NCBI GenBank assembly: GCA_965541585.1
Contig: CBEUCH010000003.1
Coordinates: forward strand, 32,001-96,000
From: an uncultured bacterium
Lineage (GTDB): Bacteria > Zixibacteria > MSB-5A5 > UBA10806
DNA: 64,000 nucleotides
Reading direction: 5' to 3'
Shown piece by piece: positions 45,523 through 55,515 of the stretch (positions are counted from its first letter, which is position 1; each line of letters starts with the position of its first letter). The notes below the pieces were generated by a model, which was not told the origin of the DNA, made no database searches, and saw only the letters and a program-made list of their open reading frames with translations. The translations under genes and the position numbers were made by a program.

Positions 45523-45551
45523 TTGCCCATCATATTTGGCGGGGATATATT
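45523..45551 (+). promoter_or_regulatory. Sigma70-type promoter upstream of tRNA-Val/thrS
   Basis: TTGCCC-N17-TATATT; a second candidate TTGACT-N18-GATATT starts at 45480. Confidence 0.65.
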
Positions 45552-45696
45552 TGCAATGATCGATCCGGCTGTATAGCCGGGGGAGATGAGGGTGCATCAA
45601 GACCGCAGGAGATAGAAACTCATATCTGCGGATTTCGGCGGAAAATGGCCGCACCCCTCTTATAGTTATTGATGAAAGGCCGATCTTACTAAAGTA

Positions 45697-45773
45697 GGGC
45701 GATTAGCTCAGATGGTTAGAGTACTTGCTTGACATGCAAGGGGTCACTGGTTCAATTCCAGTATCGCCCACCA
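45697..45773 (+). tRNA. tRNA-Val(GAC)
   Basis: Acceptor GGGCGAT/ATCGCCC-A-CCA; anticodon arm CTTGC-TTGACAT-GCAAG; T loop GGTTCAATTCC. Confidence 0.97.
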
Positions 45774-45854
45774 TTTTAGAGGAGGAGCGGCAGTTAATCT
45801 TCAAAGATGATAGATTATTGATGGCTGCTCCTCCAGGGTAGTCTATTTTTATTT

Positions 45855-47795
45855 ATGGCGAAAATGAAAATTAAATTTCCCGACCAGTCGACAAAGGATT
45901 TTGACGGCCCGCTGACTCCTGCGGAGATCGCAAAGTCGATCTCCAACAGTCTGGCCAAAAGGGCTCTGGTTGCAGTTGTCGACGGAAGGGTGGTCGATCT
46001 CTCATATCCGATCTCCCGTGATAGCTCCGTTAGAATTCTCACCTTTGACGATCCGGAAGGAAGAGAAATTTTCTGGCATTCGTCGGCCCACCTTATGGCA
46101 TCGGCGGTTCTGGAGCTTTTCCCCGAAGCTAAACTGGCCATCGGCCCCGCCATACCGGACGATTTCTCTTCTCGATTCTACTATGACCTGGATCTGCAGC
46201 ACAAGCTGACGGACAAAGATCTGAATGCCATCGAAAAAAAGATGCAGCAGATCGTTAAGAAAAACCATCCCTTCACGAGAAGCGAGAAAAGCAGGGTGGA
46301 AGCGATCGCCGAATTCGGAAAAGAGAATGATATTTATAAGGCCGAGATGGCCTCCGAAATGGAGGATCAGAACGTCAGCTTTTACTCCCACGGTGATTTC
46401 GTTGATATGTGCCGGGGGCCGCATATCCCTGCCACAGGGCTCATCAAGGCCATAAGACTCCTTTCGGTTGCGGGTGCATACTGGCGCGGCGATGAAAACA
46501 AAAAAATGCTCCAGCGAATCTATGGGGTTGCCTTTCCAGAGAAAAAGATGCTCGACGAGCACCTCGAAAGAATCGAGGAGGCTAAAAAGAGGGATCATCG
46601 TTTCCTGGGGCGCGACCTCGACCTGTATTCTATAGCAGATTCTGTTGGTTCGGGCCTGGTGTTGTGGCATCCTCGAGGCTCGCTGATAAGACATATAATA
46701 GAGTCTTTCTGGACGGAGGAGCATTTCAAGAACGGCTACGAAATCGTTTATACACCTCATATAGCCAAGCTCGATCTCTGGCGTAAATCGGGGCATACCG
46801 ACTTCTACTCGGAAAGTATGTATGCTCCCATGCCGATAGAGGATGTCGAATACGAAATCAAACCGATGAATTGCCCTTTCCATATCCAGATCTATCGTTC
46901 GAGAACCAGAAGCTATCGCGACCTGCCGATCAGATGGGCCGAACTCGGCACGGTTTACCGCTACGAACGTTCGGGAGTTCTTCACGGGCTTATGCGGGTG
47001 CGTGGTTTTACACAGGACGATGCCCATATCTTCTGCCGGCCGGATCAACTGGAGGAGGAGTTGGTGAGGACCATCGAGTTCAACCTTTTCTTCTTACGGA
47101 CATTCGGTTTTTCCGAATATGATGTTTACCTGTCGACCAGGCCGGAAAAGTATGTCGGCACCATTGAGGGCTGGGATCGGGCTACGGACGCTTTGAAGAC
47201 GGCCCTGGAGAAAACGGAGTTGGACTATAAGATCGATCCGGGCGAGGGCGTCTTTTATGGCCCTAAAATCGATATTAAAATCAAGGATAATCTCGGACGT
47301 TCCTGGCAGTGTACCACCATTCAGGTCGATTTTAATCTTCCGGAGCGGTTCGGAATCGAATATATTGCAGAAGGTGGCTCCCGCGAGCAGCCGATCATGA
47401 TACACAGGGCGCTTCTGGGATCTATTGAACGTTTCTTCGGTGTTCTGATAGAGCAATATGCCGGAAACTTTCCTGTCTGGCTGGCGCCCGAGCAGATACG
47501 CGTCTTGACCGTTACGGATCAATGGAGCCGGTACGCCGAGGACGTTGCCAGAGAGTTCAGGGAGGCCGGGCTAAGGGTTGGAATAGATCTTTCAAGCGAG
47601 AAAATCGGTAAGAAAATTCGAAACGCTGAAAATATGAAGATCCCGTACATGGCTGTAGTGGGCAAGAATGAGGCCGATGATAAGGGAGTCTCGTTGCGAA
47701 AACACAGGGTGGGGGATATGGGCGGACATTCCATAGACCAGGCCATAAAAATGCTTAAATCTGAAGAGAGTTCGAAGAAAATAGATTCCCAATAA
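45855..47795 (+). CDS. thrS: Threonine--tRNA ligase
   Basis: TGS domain; HSSAHLMA; CRGPH; KPMNCP; YRYERSG.LHGL.RVRGFTQDDAH. Confidence 0.98.
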   Translation: MAKMKIKFPDQSTKDFDGPLTPAEIAKSISNSLAKRALVAVVDGRVVDLSYPISRDSSVRILTFDDPEGREIFWHSSAHLMASAVLELFPEAKLAIGPAIPDDFSSRFYYDLDLQHKLTDKDLNAIEKKMQQIVKKNHPFTRSEKSRVEAIAEFGKENDIYKAEMASEMEDQNVSFYSHGDFVDMCRGPHIPATGLIKAIRLLSVAGAYWRGDENKKMLQRIYGVAFPEKKMLDEHLERIEEAKKRDHRFLGRDLDLYSIADSVGSGLVLWHPRGSLIRHIIESFWTEEHFKNGYEIVYTPHIAKLDLWRKSGHTDFYSESMYAPMPIEDVEYEIKPMNCPFHIQIYRSRTRSYRDLPIRWAELGTVYRYERSGVLHGLMRVRGFTQDDAHIFCRPDQLEEELVRTIEFNLFFLRTFGFSEYDVYLSTRPEKYVGTIEGWDRATDALKTALEKTELDYKIDPGEGVFYGPKIDIKIKDNLGRSWQCTTIQVDFNLPERFGIEYIAEGGSREQPIMIHRALLGSIERFFGVLIEQYAGNFPVWLAPEQIRVLTVTDQWSRYAEDVAREFREAGLRVGIDLSSEKIGKKIRNAENMKIPYMAVVGKNEADDKGVSLRKHRVGDMGGHSIDQAIKMLKSEESSKKIDSQ

Positions 47796-47815
47796 TTTTT
47801 ACTGGAGGTAAGAGA

Positions 47816-48340
47816 ATAGCACAGGAAACATTCACTAAGAGAAATCGAAGGATCAGGGTGCCCGAGGTCAGGTTGATTGACCATGACGGTACCCAGGTAG
47901 GCATCGTCCCGACATCCCGCGCCCTTGAAATCGCTATCGATAAGGGCCTGGATCTGGTGGAGGTCGCCGCCAAAGCTAATCCGCCGGTCTGTAAGATAAT
48001 GGACTATGGCAAATATCTGTACGAGAATTCGAAGAAGGCTAAGGCAGCCAAAAAGAAACAACATCAGGTTCACTTAAAGGAGATGCGTTTCAGGCCCAAA
48101 ACCGAGGAGCATGATTATCAGTTTAAACTAAAACATGTCCGCGAGTTCTTGGAACAGGGAGCCAAGGTAAAGACCTTCATCATTTTCAGAGGGCGCGAAA
48201 TGGCCCATAAGGAGATGGGCTATAGAATCCTGGACCGGTTGAAAGTAGATCTGGCGGATATGGCCGAACCGGAATCGGAATCGAAAATGGAAGGGCGGCA
48301 TCTTTCTCTGATGTTTATGCCTACGCTCAAGAAAAAATAA
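47816..48340 (+). CDS. infC: Translation initiation factor IF-3 with non-canonical ATA start
   Basis: GGAGG at 47804-08, then in-frame ATA at 47816; N..IR.PEVRLID, PPVCKIMDYGK, FRGRE. Confidence 0.95.
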   Translation: MAQETFTKRNRRIRVPEVRLIDHDGTQVGIVPTSRALEIAIDKGLDLVEVAAKANPPVCKIMDYGKYLYENSKKAKAAKKKQHQVHLKEMRFRPKTEEHDYQFKLKHVREFLEQGAKVKTFIIFRGREMAHKEMGYRILDRLKVDLADMAEPESESKMEGRHLSLMFMPTLKKK

Positions 48341-48389
48341 GAATTATCCGGTCTAGACGGGCCTTCTGAGAAACGAAGATAGATTTTTG

Positions 48390-48418
48390 TTGCATGCCGG
48401 GCTCGGATATTATATAGT
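48390..48418 (+). promoter_or_regulatory. Sigma70-type promoter for rpmI-rplT
   Basis: TTGCAT-N17-TATAGT. Confidence 0.65.
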
Positions 48419-48438
48419 ATCGGTTTAGAGGAGATCTG

Positions 48439-48633
48439 ATGCCAAAGATAAAGACCAATAGATCAGCAGCCAAGAGGTTTAAGAAGACAGGGACCGGCAA
48501 GATCAAGAGGCGCAAGCCGTTCGCCGGTCATATACTTACGAAGAAAACCACCAAGCGAAAACGCAACCTGCGTCAATCGACTCTGGTTCATAAGAGCGAT
48601 GAGGGACGTGTTAACAGGATGATACCGTACTGA
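48439..48633 (+). CDS. rpmI: 50S ribosomal protein L35
   Basis: [19 protein letters not shown]. Confidence 0.97.
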   Translation: MPKIKTNRSAAKRFKKTGTGKIKRRKPFAGHILTKKTTKRKRNLRQSTLVHKSDEGRVNRMIPY

Positions 48634-48661
48634 GGCAAATCCGTCCGGTACTGGAGTAATT

Positions 48662-49012
48662 ATGCCAAAGGTAAGAAACAAAGTAGCTGCACACCGGCGG
48701 CACCGAAAGGTATTGAGTGCCGCCCGAGGTAATTACGGTGGACGCAGCAGGTTGTACAGGACAGCCCGCGAGACAGTTCAGAAAGGGCTGGCCTATGCAT
48801 ATCGCGATAGACGGAATAGGAAAAGGGATTTTAGAAGATTGTGGATAATCAGGATTAACGCCGCTGCCAGGCAAAACGGCATGTCATATTCAACATTTAT
48901 TTTCAATTTGAAAAAAGCCGGCGTTGACTTGAATAGGAAAATGCTTGCTGATATAGCGGCCAGAGATTCGGCGGCTTTTAAGGAGTTGGCGAAACTGGCC
49001 AGCAGCGGGTGA
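48662..49012 (+). CDS. rplT: 50S ribosomal protein L20
   Basis: [28 protein letters not shown]. Confidence 0.97.
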   Translation: MPKVRNKVAAHRRHRKVLSAARGNYGGRSRLYRTARETVQKGLAYAYRDRRNRKRDFRRLWIIRINAAARQNGMSYSTFIFNLKKAGVDLNRKMLADIAARDSAAFKELAKLASSG

Positions 49013-49086
49013 TCCCTACCGCGTCTTTGCGTTGTCACCTATAATCTACCTGGCGGGCTTTGGGAGCAAAAGCCCGTCTTGACATT

Positions 49087-50103
49087 ATGACCGACTTTTT
49101 GAAATCGCTTGATGGCCTGGAGCAAGAGGCCATACAGGCCCTGAAAGATATCAAAGACAAGGCCTCTCTCGACGCGGCCGCGGCCTCTTATCTCGGGCGC
49201 AAGGGTAAGCTAACGGAGATATCGCGGAAGCTGGGAGCGCTTGATCCTGAATCGAGGCCTGCGGCCGGGGCACGTTTAAATCAGTTCAAGAAGAGACTCG
49301 CAGACCTGATTGAAGCCAGGGCCGAGAGTCTGAAAGGCAAGGTCGAACCCGAGGCGTCTTTCGATTATACTCTACCCGGGCGAAGATCCTTCGTCGGCAG
49401 GAAACATCCCCTCATGCAGACCGTGGAAAGAACCGTTAGCATATTCCGCGGAATGGGGTTTGCAGTCGCCACGGGCCCCGATATCGATACCGATTTCTAT
49501 AATTTCGATGCCCTGAATACCCCCGAGGATCATCCGGCGCGTGATCTGTCGGACACCTTTTATGTTGAAAAGGGGATACTTCTTCGAACTCACACTTCCA
49601 CCGTCCAGATTCGCACTATGCAGGCTCAGAGACCGCCGGTCAGAATCATATCCCCCGGACGCTGCTATCGATCAGATGCCTTCGATGCATCGCATTCGCC
49701 CGTGTTTTTCCAGTGTGAGGGATTATATGTGGATCGTAATGTGACGTTCGGCGACATGAAAGGGGTCATTATTGCGTTTGCAAAGGAGATGTTCGGGCCG
49801 GATGTCAAAGTGCGGTTCAGGCCACACTTCTTTCCTTTCACCGAGCCGTCGGTCGAATACGATTTTTCCTGCATGCTCTGTGGTGGCAAGGGATGCCGGG
49901 TCTGCAAGTATAATGGATGGCTTGAAATCTCAGGCGCCGGAATGGTGGACCCGGAGGTATTCAAGGCCGTGGATTATGATCCTGAGGAATTTACCGGATA
50001 CGCATTTGGCATGGGAATGGACCGCATAACCATGCTCCGATACAGGATTGGAGATATAAGGCTCTTGTACGATAATGACATCAGATTCTTAAGGCAGTTT
50101 TGA
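49087..50103 (+). CDS. pheS: Phenylalanine--tRNA ligase alpha subunit
   Basis: HPARD..DTFY, LRTHTS, FPFTEPS, CxxCGGKGCxxC, G.AFG.G..R; ATG at 49087 preferred. Confidence 0.97.
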   Translation: MTDFLKSLDGLEQEAIQALKDIKDKASLDAAAASYLGRKGKLTEISRKLGALDPESRPAAGARLNQFKKRLADLIEARAESLKGKVEPEASFDYTLPGRRSFVGRKHPLMQTVERTVSIFRGMGFAVATGPDIDTDFYNFDALNTPEDHPARDLSDTFYVEKGILLRTHTSTVQIRTMQAQRPPVRIISPGRCYRSDAFDASHSPVFFQCEGLYVDRNVTFGDMKGVIIAFAKEMFGPDVKVRFRPHFFPFTEPSVEYDFSCMLCGGKGCRVCKYNGWLEISGAGMVDPEVFKAVDYDPEEFTGYAFGMGMDRITMLRYRIGDIRLLYDNDIRFLRQF

Positions 50104-52484
50104 TGAAGATTTCATACAACTTCCTTAAAACAATGATAGACTTCGATTGGCCCGCCGATGAGTTGGCAACCAGGCTTACTATGTCAGGCAGCGAGGTCGA
50201 ATCCGTCGAACGGATGGGAACGGATATCGATGGAATCATTGCAGCTAAGGTCACCTCCGTGGAAAAAATCGCCGGATCTGATAAACTGACACTATGCCAA
50301 ATTTACGACGGACAGGAAAGCTGCCCGGTCGTCTGCGGCGCCCCGAATGTGGCCAAAAATCAGATAGTCCTATTCGCGCCCCCCGGCTCAAAAATACCCG
50401 GGATGACGCTCGAGAAGACGGTTGTTCATGGAGTTGAATCATCGGGCATGATCCTCTCGGAGGCTGAGATAAAATTGTCCGACAATGAAGATGAAATTGC
50501 CGTCTTGCCACCGGATATAGAACCCGGTGTCAGGCTCCAGAAGATAGTCGATTATAGAGATACGATATTCGAGTTGGAGATCACGCCAAACCGCCCGGAT
50601 TGCCTGTCCCATATAGGAATCGCGCGGGAGATTCAAGCTCTCGGGGGCGGCAAATTAAGGTCTCCATCTACTGATCTGCTTGAGATCGCTGAACCCGCAG
50701 CGGCTGCCTTAAAAATTAACATTGATGATCCTGACGGCTGTACCCGCTACACAGGGCGCATTATCAAGGATGTGAAAATCGGTCCTTCGCCTCTCTGGCT
50801 CAAAATGATCGTCTATTATCTGGGCATGCGGCCGATCAACAACGTCGTCGATATTACGAATTATGTCATGATGGAACTCGGCCATCCTCTACATGCCTTC
50901 GATTACGACCTATTCTCAAGGCCAGAAGTACTGGTCAGGCGCGCTAAAGCCGGCGAGGAATTTATGACCCTCGATCGCATTGGCCACACCCTCGGGGAAG
51001 AGCATCTTATGATAACCGATGGTGAACTGAGCGTTGCCATCGCCGGTATAATGGGAGGCGAAAAATCGGAGGTCTCGGAGAATACGTCAAATATATTGTT
51101 GGAGTCCGCATATTTCGATCCCATCCGAATCCGGCGCGGCTCCAAATCTCTCGACCTGACAACCGAATCCTCGCGTCGATTCGAGAGGGGCGCCGACCCC
51201 AATATGGCTCCGGTCGCGAACAACCGGGCCTGTAAACTCATATCAGAAATTGCAGGCGGAAAGATCCTGAAGAGTATGGTCGATGCCAATCCCGGGCCCT
51301 TCGTCCCGGTTAAGATCGAATTGAGACCATCGAGGGTAAATCGTCTTCTCGGCTTGAAGATCCGGACTAACAGGATGGTACAAGTTCTGAAGAGTCTCGA
51401 TATTGAAGTTAAGATTAACGGCGATATCATTGCCGAACAGCCGAGTTTCAGACCGGATCTAACCCGGGAGATAGATCTGATCGAGGAGATAGCAAGGATA
51501 TATGGCCTTGACGATATCCCCGCAGTCTTCAGGCCCGGCGGCGATCTGGCCACAGCCGAAACTCGACCACAGAGAATCGGTGAACTGCTAAGATCTCACC
51601 TGGCAGGCGCCGGAGCGACTGAAATATTCCCATTATCCCTGGTAGATTCCAAGACTACGGAACGTTTTGGATTATCAGATTCCGCTGTGAAGCTTGTAAA
51701 CCCGATCTCGGAAGAGATGGCGGTTGTCAGGCCGAATCTGATACTCTCCATGCTTCCTGTTATCAGGAGGAATCTGAATTTCCGAGAAAAGGATCTACTC
51801 TTATTCGAGCTCGGCAGTGTCTATAATCCGGTGGGCAAAGGGCAATTGCCGCAGCAGGGAACCAATCTCATAATAGCCTTGACCGGTCTTGAATCATCCA
51901 TTTTCTGGGGTGATAGCCCTCGCACCAGGGATCTATTCTCGATAAAGGGTATAGTGGAGAACCTGGCCGATTATCTGAAGATAGGTCCGGTCAAACTAAA
52001 GCCGGCTGCCCATTTCGCATTTGAACAAACCCGCTCTTTTGAGGTATATTGTAACGAAACTATGATAGGCCATCTGGGGAGGCTTTCTGAGAAGGGCTGC
52101 TCGATAGCCGATATCAAGGGAGAAGTTTATCTGACTGAGTTGAACTTTGAGATGATGGTGGATCTTGCTCCGGAGACGCTATCGATGCAGGAACTGGATC
52201 GATTTCCGTCGGCCGACAGGGATATAGCTGTTATCGTGGATGATACCGTCCAATCTGAGACTATAAGGCAAGCCATTGCTCGAAATGGCGGCGGGTTAGT
52301 CGATACCGTTTGGATATTTGATTTATACCGAGGTGGAAATATCCCCGAAGGGAAAAAGAGTCTAGCATACGGTATCAAGTTCAGGCTGCCGGATAGGACT
52401 CTGACGGATGAAGAGGTTGACCGGGCTCAAGACAGGATAGTCAGCGCGCTAAGGGAGAAGTTCGGCGCGCAATTGAGAAGCTGA
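50103..52484 (+). CDS. pheT: Phenylalanine--tRNA ligase beta subunit
   Basis: VCGAPN, ITPNRPDCLS..GIARE, RFERG, FDX-ACB tail (RD.A, KSLA, RTLTD.EV). Confidence 0.97.
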   Translation: MKISYNFLKTMIDFDWPADELATRLTMSGSEVESVERMGTDIDGIIAAKVTSVEKIAGSDKLTLCQIYDGQESCPVVCGAPNVAKNQIVLFAPPGSKIPGMTLEKTVVHGVESSGMILSEAEIKLSDNEDEIAVLPPDIEPGVRLQKIVDYRDTIFELEITPNRPDCLSHIGIAREIQALGGGKLRSPSTDLLEIAEPAAAALKINIDDPDGCTRYTGRIIKDVKIGPSPLWLKMIVYYLGMRPINNVVDITNYVMMELGHPLHAFDYDLFSRPEVLVRRAKAGEEFMTLDRIGHTLGEEHLMITDGELSVAIAGIMGGEKSEVSENTSNILLESAYFDPIRIRRGSKSLDLTTESSRRFERGADPNMAPVANNRACKLISEIAGGKILKSMVDANPGPFVPVKIELRPSRVNRLLGLKIRTNRMVQVLKSLDIEVKINGDIIAEQPSFRPDLTREIDLIEEIARIYGLDDIPAVFRPGGDLATAETRPQRIGELLRSHLAGAGATEIFPLSLVDSKTTERFGLSDSAVKLVNPISEEMAVVRPNLILSMLPVIRRNLNFREKDLLLFELGSVYNPVGKGQLPQQGTNLIIALTGLESSIFWGDSPRTRDLFSIKGIVENLADYLKIGPVKLKPAAHFAFEQTRSFEVYCNETMIGHLGRLSEKGCSIADIKGEVYLTELNFEMMVDLAPETLSMQELDRFPSADRDIAVIVDDTVQSETIRQAIARNGGGLVDTVWIFDLYRGGNIPEGKKSLAYGIKFRLPDRTLTDEEVDRAQDRIVSALREKFGAQLRS

Positions 52485-52490
52485 GATTAT

Positions 52491-52745
52491 ATGGATCTGA
52501 AAACAATATCCGATTTAGAAGACAAAATCGGCCGGGCAGTTGAGATGCTCGCCGATTTGAAAAATGAAAAGGTCAGGCAAAAAAAGGAGAATGAGAAGCT
52601 AAAAAGTCAATTTGATGAATATCGAAAGAAAGTTGAAAAATCTAAAGCCCTGGCTTCCAGGCCGGGTTTTGATAGCCGGAAGATCAAAGATAGACTCGAG
52701 AAACTTGCTGGAAAACTGGCGGCTTTAGAGGACAGTTGGAGTTGA
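52491..52745 (+). CDS. ZapB-like coiled-coil protein
   Basis: LEDKI..AVE....LK.E; directly before zapA. Confidence 0.65.
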   Translation: MDLKTISDLEDKIGRAVEMLADLKNEKVRQKKENEKLKSQFDEYRKKVEKSKALASRPGFDSRKIKDRLEKLAGKLAALEDSWS

Positions 52746-52764
52746 ATATATAGCGGGCGCTAAA

Positions 52765-53043
52765 TTGGAGAAAACGAGTGTGACAGTAACGATCTTCGGT
52801 AGAGAATACAGCATAAAATCGGAGGTCGATCCGGATCATATAAAAAAGGCTGCAGGCTACCTCGATTCTAAGATGCAGGAGATTGCGGACAGCTACCCGA
52901 ACATCTCGGAAAATCGCGTAGCGGTCCTGGCGGCGTTAAACATTACCTATGAACTCTCTCAATCACCGGGCGAACCCGGGGATCAAGCCGCCGCCGAAGA
53001 AATAATTATCCGGCTCACTCAAAAGCTCTCCGACGTTTTGTAA
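52765..53043 (+). CDS. zapA: Cell division protein ZapA
   Basis: V.V.IFGREY.I; A.YLD.KM; AVLAALNI..EL. Confidence 0.9.
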   Translation: MEKTSVTVTIFGREYSIKSEVDPDHIKKAAGYLDSKMQEIADSYPNISENRVAVLAALNITYELSQSPGEPGDQAAAEEIIIRLTQKLSDVL

Positions 53044-53076
53044 TTTGATATAAGCGTCCGCCCCTCTGGAGGAACA

Positions 53077-54636
53077 ATGGAACCGATTTATTACCTGGTC
53101 GGGGCAGGGATCGCTATTCTGGCATTCCTGATAGGCCTTTTGATCTCGCGAAAAACCGGAGAAGGCAGGATCGCGAATGCTGAGTCCCTGGCAACCAAAA
53201 TCGTTGCCGAAGCGGAGAAATCCGCCGAGATTAAAAAGAAAGAAACAATCCTTGAGGCAAAGGACGAGTGGTTCAAATCAAAGCAGAAATTCGAGCGGGA
53301 AACTCAATCGAGGAAAGAGGAGATTGCCAAACTTGAACGCGCCCTTGCGGGTAAAGAGAGCAATCTCAATCGCAAGGTTGACATCCTCGATAAGAAAGAA
53401 AGGGATATCCAGCATAGGGACAAGACCCTCTCAATCAAAGAGAAAGCCACCGAAACCAAAGAGAGAGAACTGGACCGGCTGATCGCGGATCAAAATACCC
53501 AGCTCGAAAAGATCGCCGGAATGACATCCGACGAAGCCAAGAAACTGCTCATCTCGAATCTCGAGGCCGTGGCCCGGCGAGAAGCCGCTTCTATGATTAA
53601 GGAGATCAAGGACGAGGCCGAACGAACAGCCGAGAAGGAAGCCAAGGATATCATTATTCAGGCCATCCAGAGATGCGCTGCCGATCACGCCGCCGAATCC
53701 TGCGTCTCGGTGGTTAACCTGCCGACCGATGAAATGAAGGGCAGGATAATCGGTCGTGAGGGACGCAACATCCGCTCTTTCGAAACTGCCACCGGGATCG
53801 ACGTTATAGTCGACGATACTCCCGAAGCCGTTATCTTATCCGGCTATGATCCTATAAGGCGTGAGGTGGCCAGGATGGCGCTCGAAAAACTCATAATCGA
53901 TGGCCGCATCCATCCGTCGCGTATAGAAGAGGTCGTAACCAAAGCGGATAAAGAGATGGAGGTTATAATCCGCGAGACCGGCGAACAGGCCTGTTTTGAT
54001 GTAGGTGTCCACGGTGTTCATCCGGAGATAGTGAAGCTCCTCGGAAAACTCCATTTCCGGACAAGCTACGGGCAAAATGTTCTTCAACATTCCAAGGAGG
54101 TTGCTATCCTCTGCGGCATAATGGCTGCTGAGCTTGACATTGACGGCACTATTGCCAAGAGGGCCGGGTTGCTCCATGATATCGGCAAGGCAATCGACCG
54201 CGAGACGGAGGGAACACATACTCAGATCGGTGTGGAGTTCGCGTCTAAATTCAATGAGAACCAGATAGTATTGAACTCCATCGCCAGTCACCATGAAGAC
54301 GTTCCCATGGAGAGTCCTTATGCTGTACTGGTGCAGGCTGCCGACGCCGTTTCCGGGGCACGCCCCGGAGCGAGACGGGAGACGCTGGAAGGATATATCA
54401 AACGTCTTGAGAAGCTCGAGGAGATGGCCGATAGCTTCAAGGGCGTCGCCAAGGCTTATGCCATTCAGGCAGGACGCGAGATCAGGGTAATAGTGGAATC
54501 AGAGCAAATTGATGATTTGGCCAGCTCTAATCTGGCCAGCGAGATCGCCAGAAAAATAGAGTCTGAAATGGAATATCCGGGCCAGATAAGGGTCACGGTG
54601 ATAAGAGAGGTGCGGACCGTGGATTATGCCAGGTAA
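53077..54636 (+). CDS. rny: Ribonuclease Y
   Basis: TM plus coiled coil; KH domain [16 protein letters not shown] domain [18 protein letters not shown]. Confidence 0.97.
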   Translation: MEPIYYLVGAGIAILAFLIGLLISRKTGEGRIANAESLATKIVAEAEKSAEIKKKETILEAKDEWFKSKQKFERETQSRKEEIAKLERALAGKESNLNRKVDILDKKERDIQHRDKTLSIKEKATETKERELDRLIADQNTQLEKIAGMTSDEAKKLLISNLEAVARREAASMIKEIKDEAERTAEKEAKDIIIQAIQRCAADHAAESCVSVVNLPTDEMKGRIIGREGRNIRSFETATGIDVIVDDTPEAVILSGYDPIRREVARMALEKLIIDGRIHPSRIEEVVTKADKEMEVIIRETGEQACFDVGVHGVHPEIVKLLGKLHFRTSYGQNVLQHSKEVAILCGIMAAELDIDGTIAKRAGLLHDIGKAIDRETEGTHTQIGVEFASKFNENQIVLNSIASHHEDVPMESPYAVLVQAADAVSGARPGARRETLEGYIKRLEKLEEMADSFKGVAKAYAIQAGREIRVIVESEQIDDLASSNLASEIARKIESEMEYPGQIRVTVIREVRTVDYAR

Positions 54637-54693
54637 TCGAATCTGGATGTTTTGCAGGTTATTTCCGTGTGAGCTTTTCAAGAAAGGTAAACT

Positions 54694-55515
54694 TTGAAAG
54701 TCCTGTTCGTTGGAGACGTAAATGGCAAACCGGGGCGGAAATGCCTCGAAGACTATCTATACGAATGCAGAAAAAATCATGTCAAATATGATTTCGTAAT
54801 AGCAAACGTTGAAAATGCCGCCGGGGGCTTCGGTCTGACGAAAGATATTTCCCGAAAGATGCTGGAATCCGGGGTCGACTGTCAGACCTCCGGCAATCAT
54901 ATCTGGGATAAGAAAGAAATCTATCCGTATTTCGAGGTGGAACCGCGCTTACTGCGTCCCGCAAACTACCCGTCAGGCGCTCCCGGGCTGGGATATAACA
55001 TCTATGATACCAATGATGGCGAAAAAATAGCCGTCATAAATCTCCAGGGGCGCATTTTCATGTGGAATATCGATTGCCCCTTTAAGACAATGGATAGAAT
55101 ACTCTCCGAGATCCCGGCCGAAACCAGGGTTATTTTCATCGATTTCCACGCCGAGGCCACCTCCGAGAAGCAGGCTCTGGGATGGTATCTTAATGGACGT
55201 GTGTCCGCTGTGATCGGGACACATACCCATGTCCAGACGGTTGATGAGAGAATACTCTCCGGCGGCACGGCTTTCATTAGCGACGTCGGCATGACCGGCC
55301 CCTACGATTCGGTGATCGGGGTTGAAATCGATGACGCTCTTTACAGGATCGTATCCGGTCTTCCCAATAGATTCACCATCGCCCAGAACGATATAAGATT
55401 CGCAGCCGTCGTAGTGGATATCGATCCCGCCACCGGTAAGGCATTATCTATCGAGAGAATCTTTCGACCCGTGAATACCGGAGACGATCCGGATCGCAAA
55501 CAGGAAAGATTTTGA
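54694..55515 (+). CDS. ymdB: YmdB/TIGR00282-family metallophosphoesterase
   Basis: GDV.G.PGR, N.ENAAGGFG, GNH.WD, DFHAEATSEK, GTHTHV; follows rny. Confidence 0.93.
   Translation: MKVLFVGDVNGKPGRKCLEDYLYECRKNHVKYDFVIANVENAAGGFGLTKDISRKMLESGVDCQTSGNHIWDKKEIYPYFEVEPRLLRPANYPSGAPGLGYNIYDTNDGEKIAVINLQGRIFMWNIDCPFKTMDRILSEIPAETRVIFIDFHAEATSEKQALGWYLNGRVSAVIGTHTHVQTVDERILSGGTAFISDVGMTGPYDSVIGVEIDDALYRIVSGLPNRFTIAQNDIRFAAVVVDIDPATGKALSIERIFRPVNTGDDPDRKQERF

Noticed and set aside
45580..45640. Fluoride riboswitch-like start (GGAGATG...ACCGC)
   Set aside because: There is no CTCC partner for P1 and no GCTGATGAC-type 3' motif, and the downstream gene is unrelated.
46002..47048. 348-aa minus-strand ORF, and other long antisense ORFs such as 33190-33930, 20790-21431 and 50903-51553
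   Set aside because: They lie opposite well-conserved genes and have no recognisable motifs; they are shadow ORFs.
53044..53076. 6S RNA at its common position after zapA
   Set aside because: The gap is only 33 nt.
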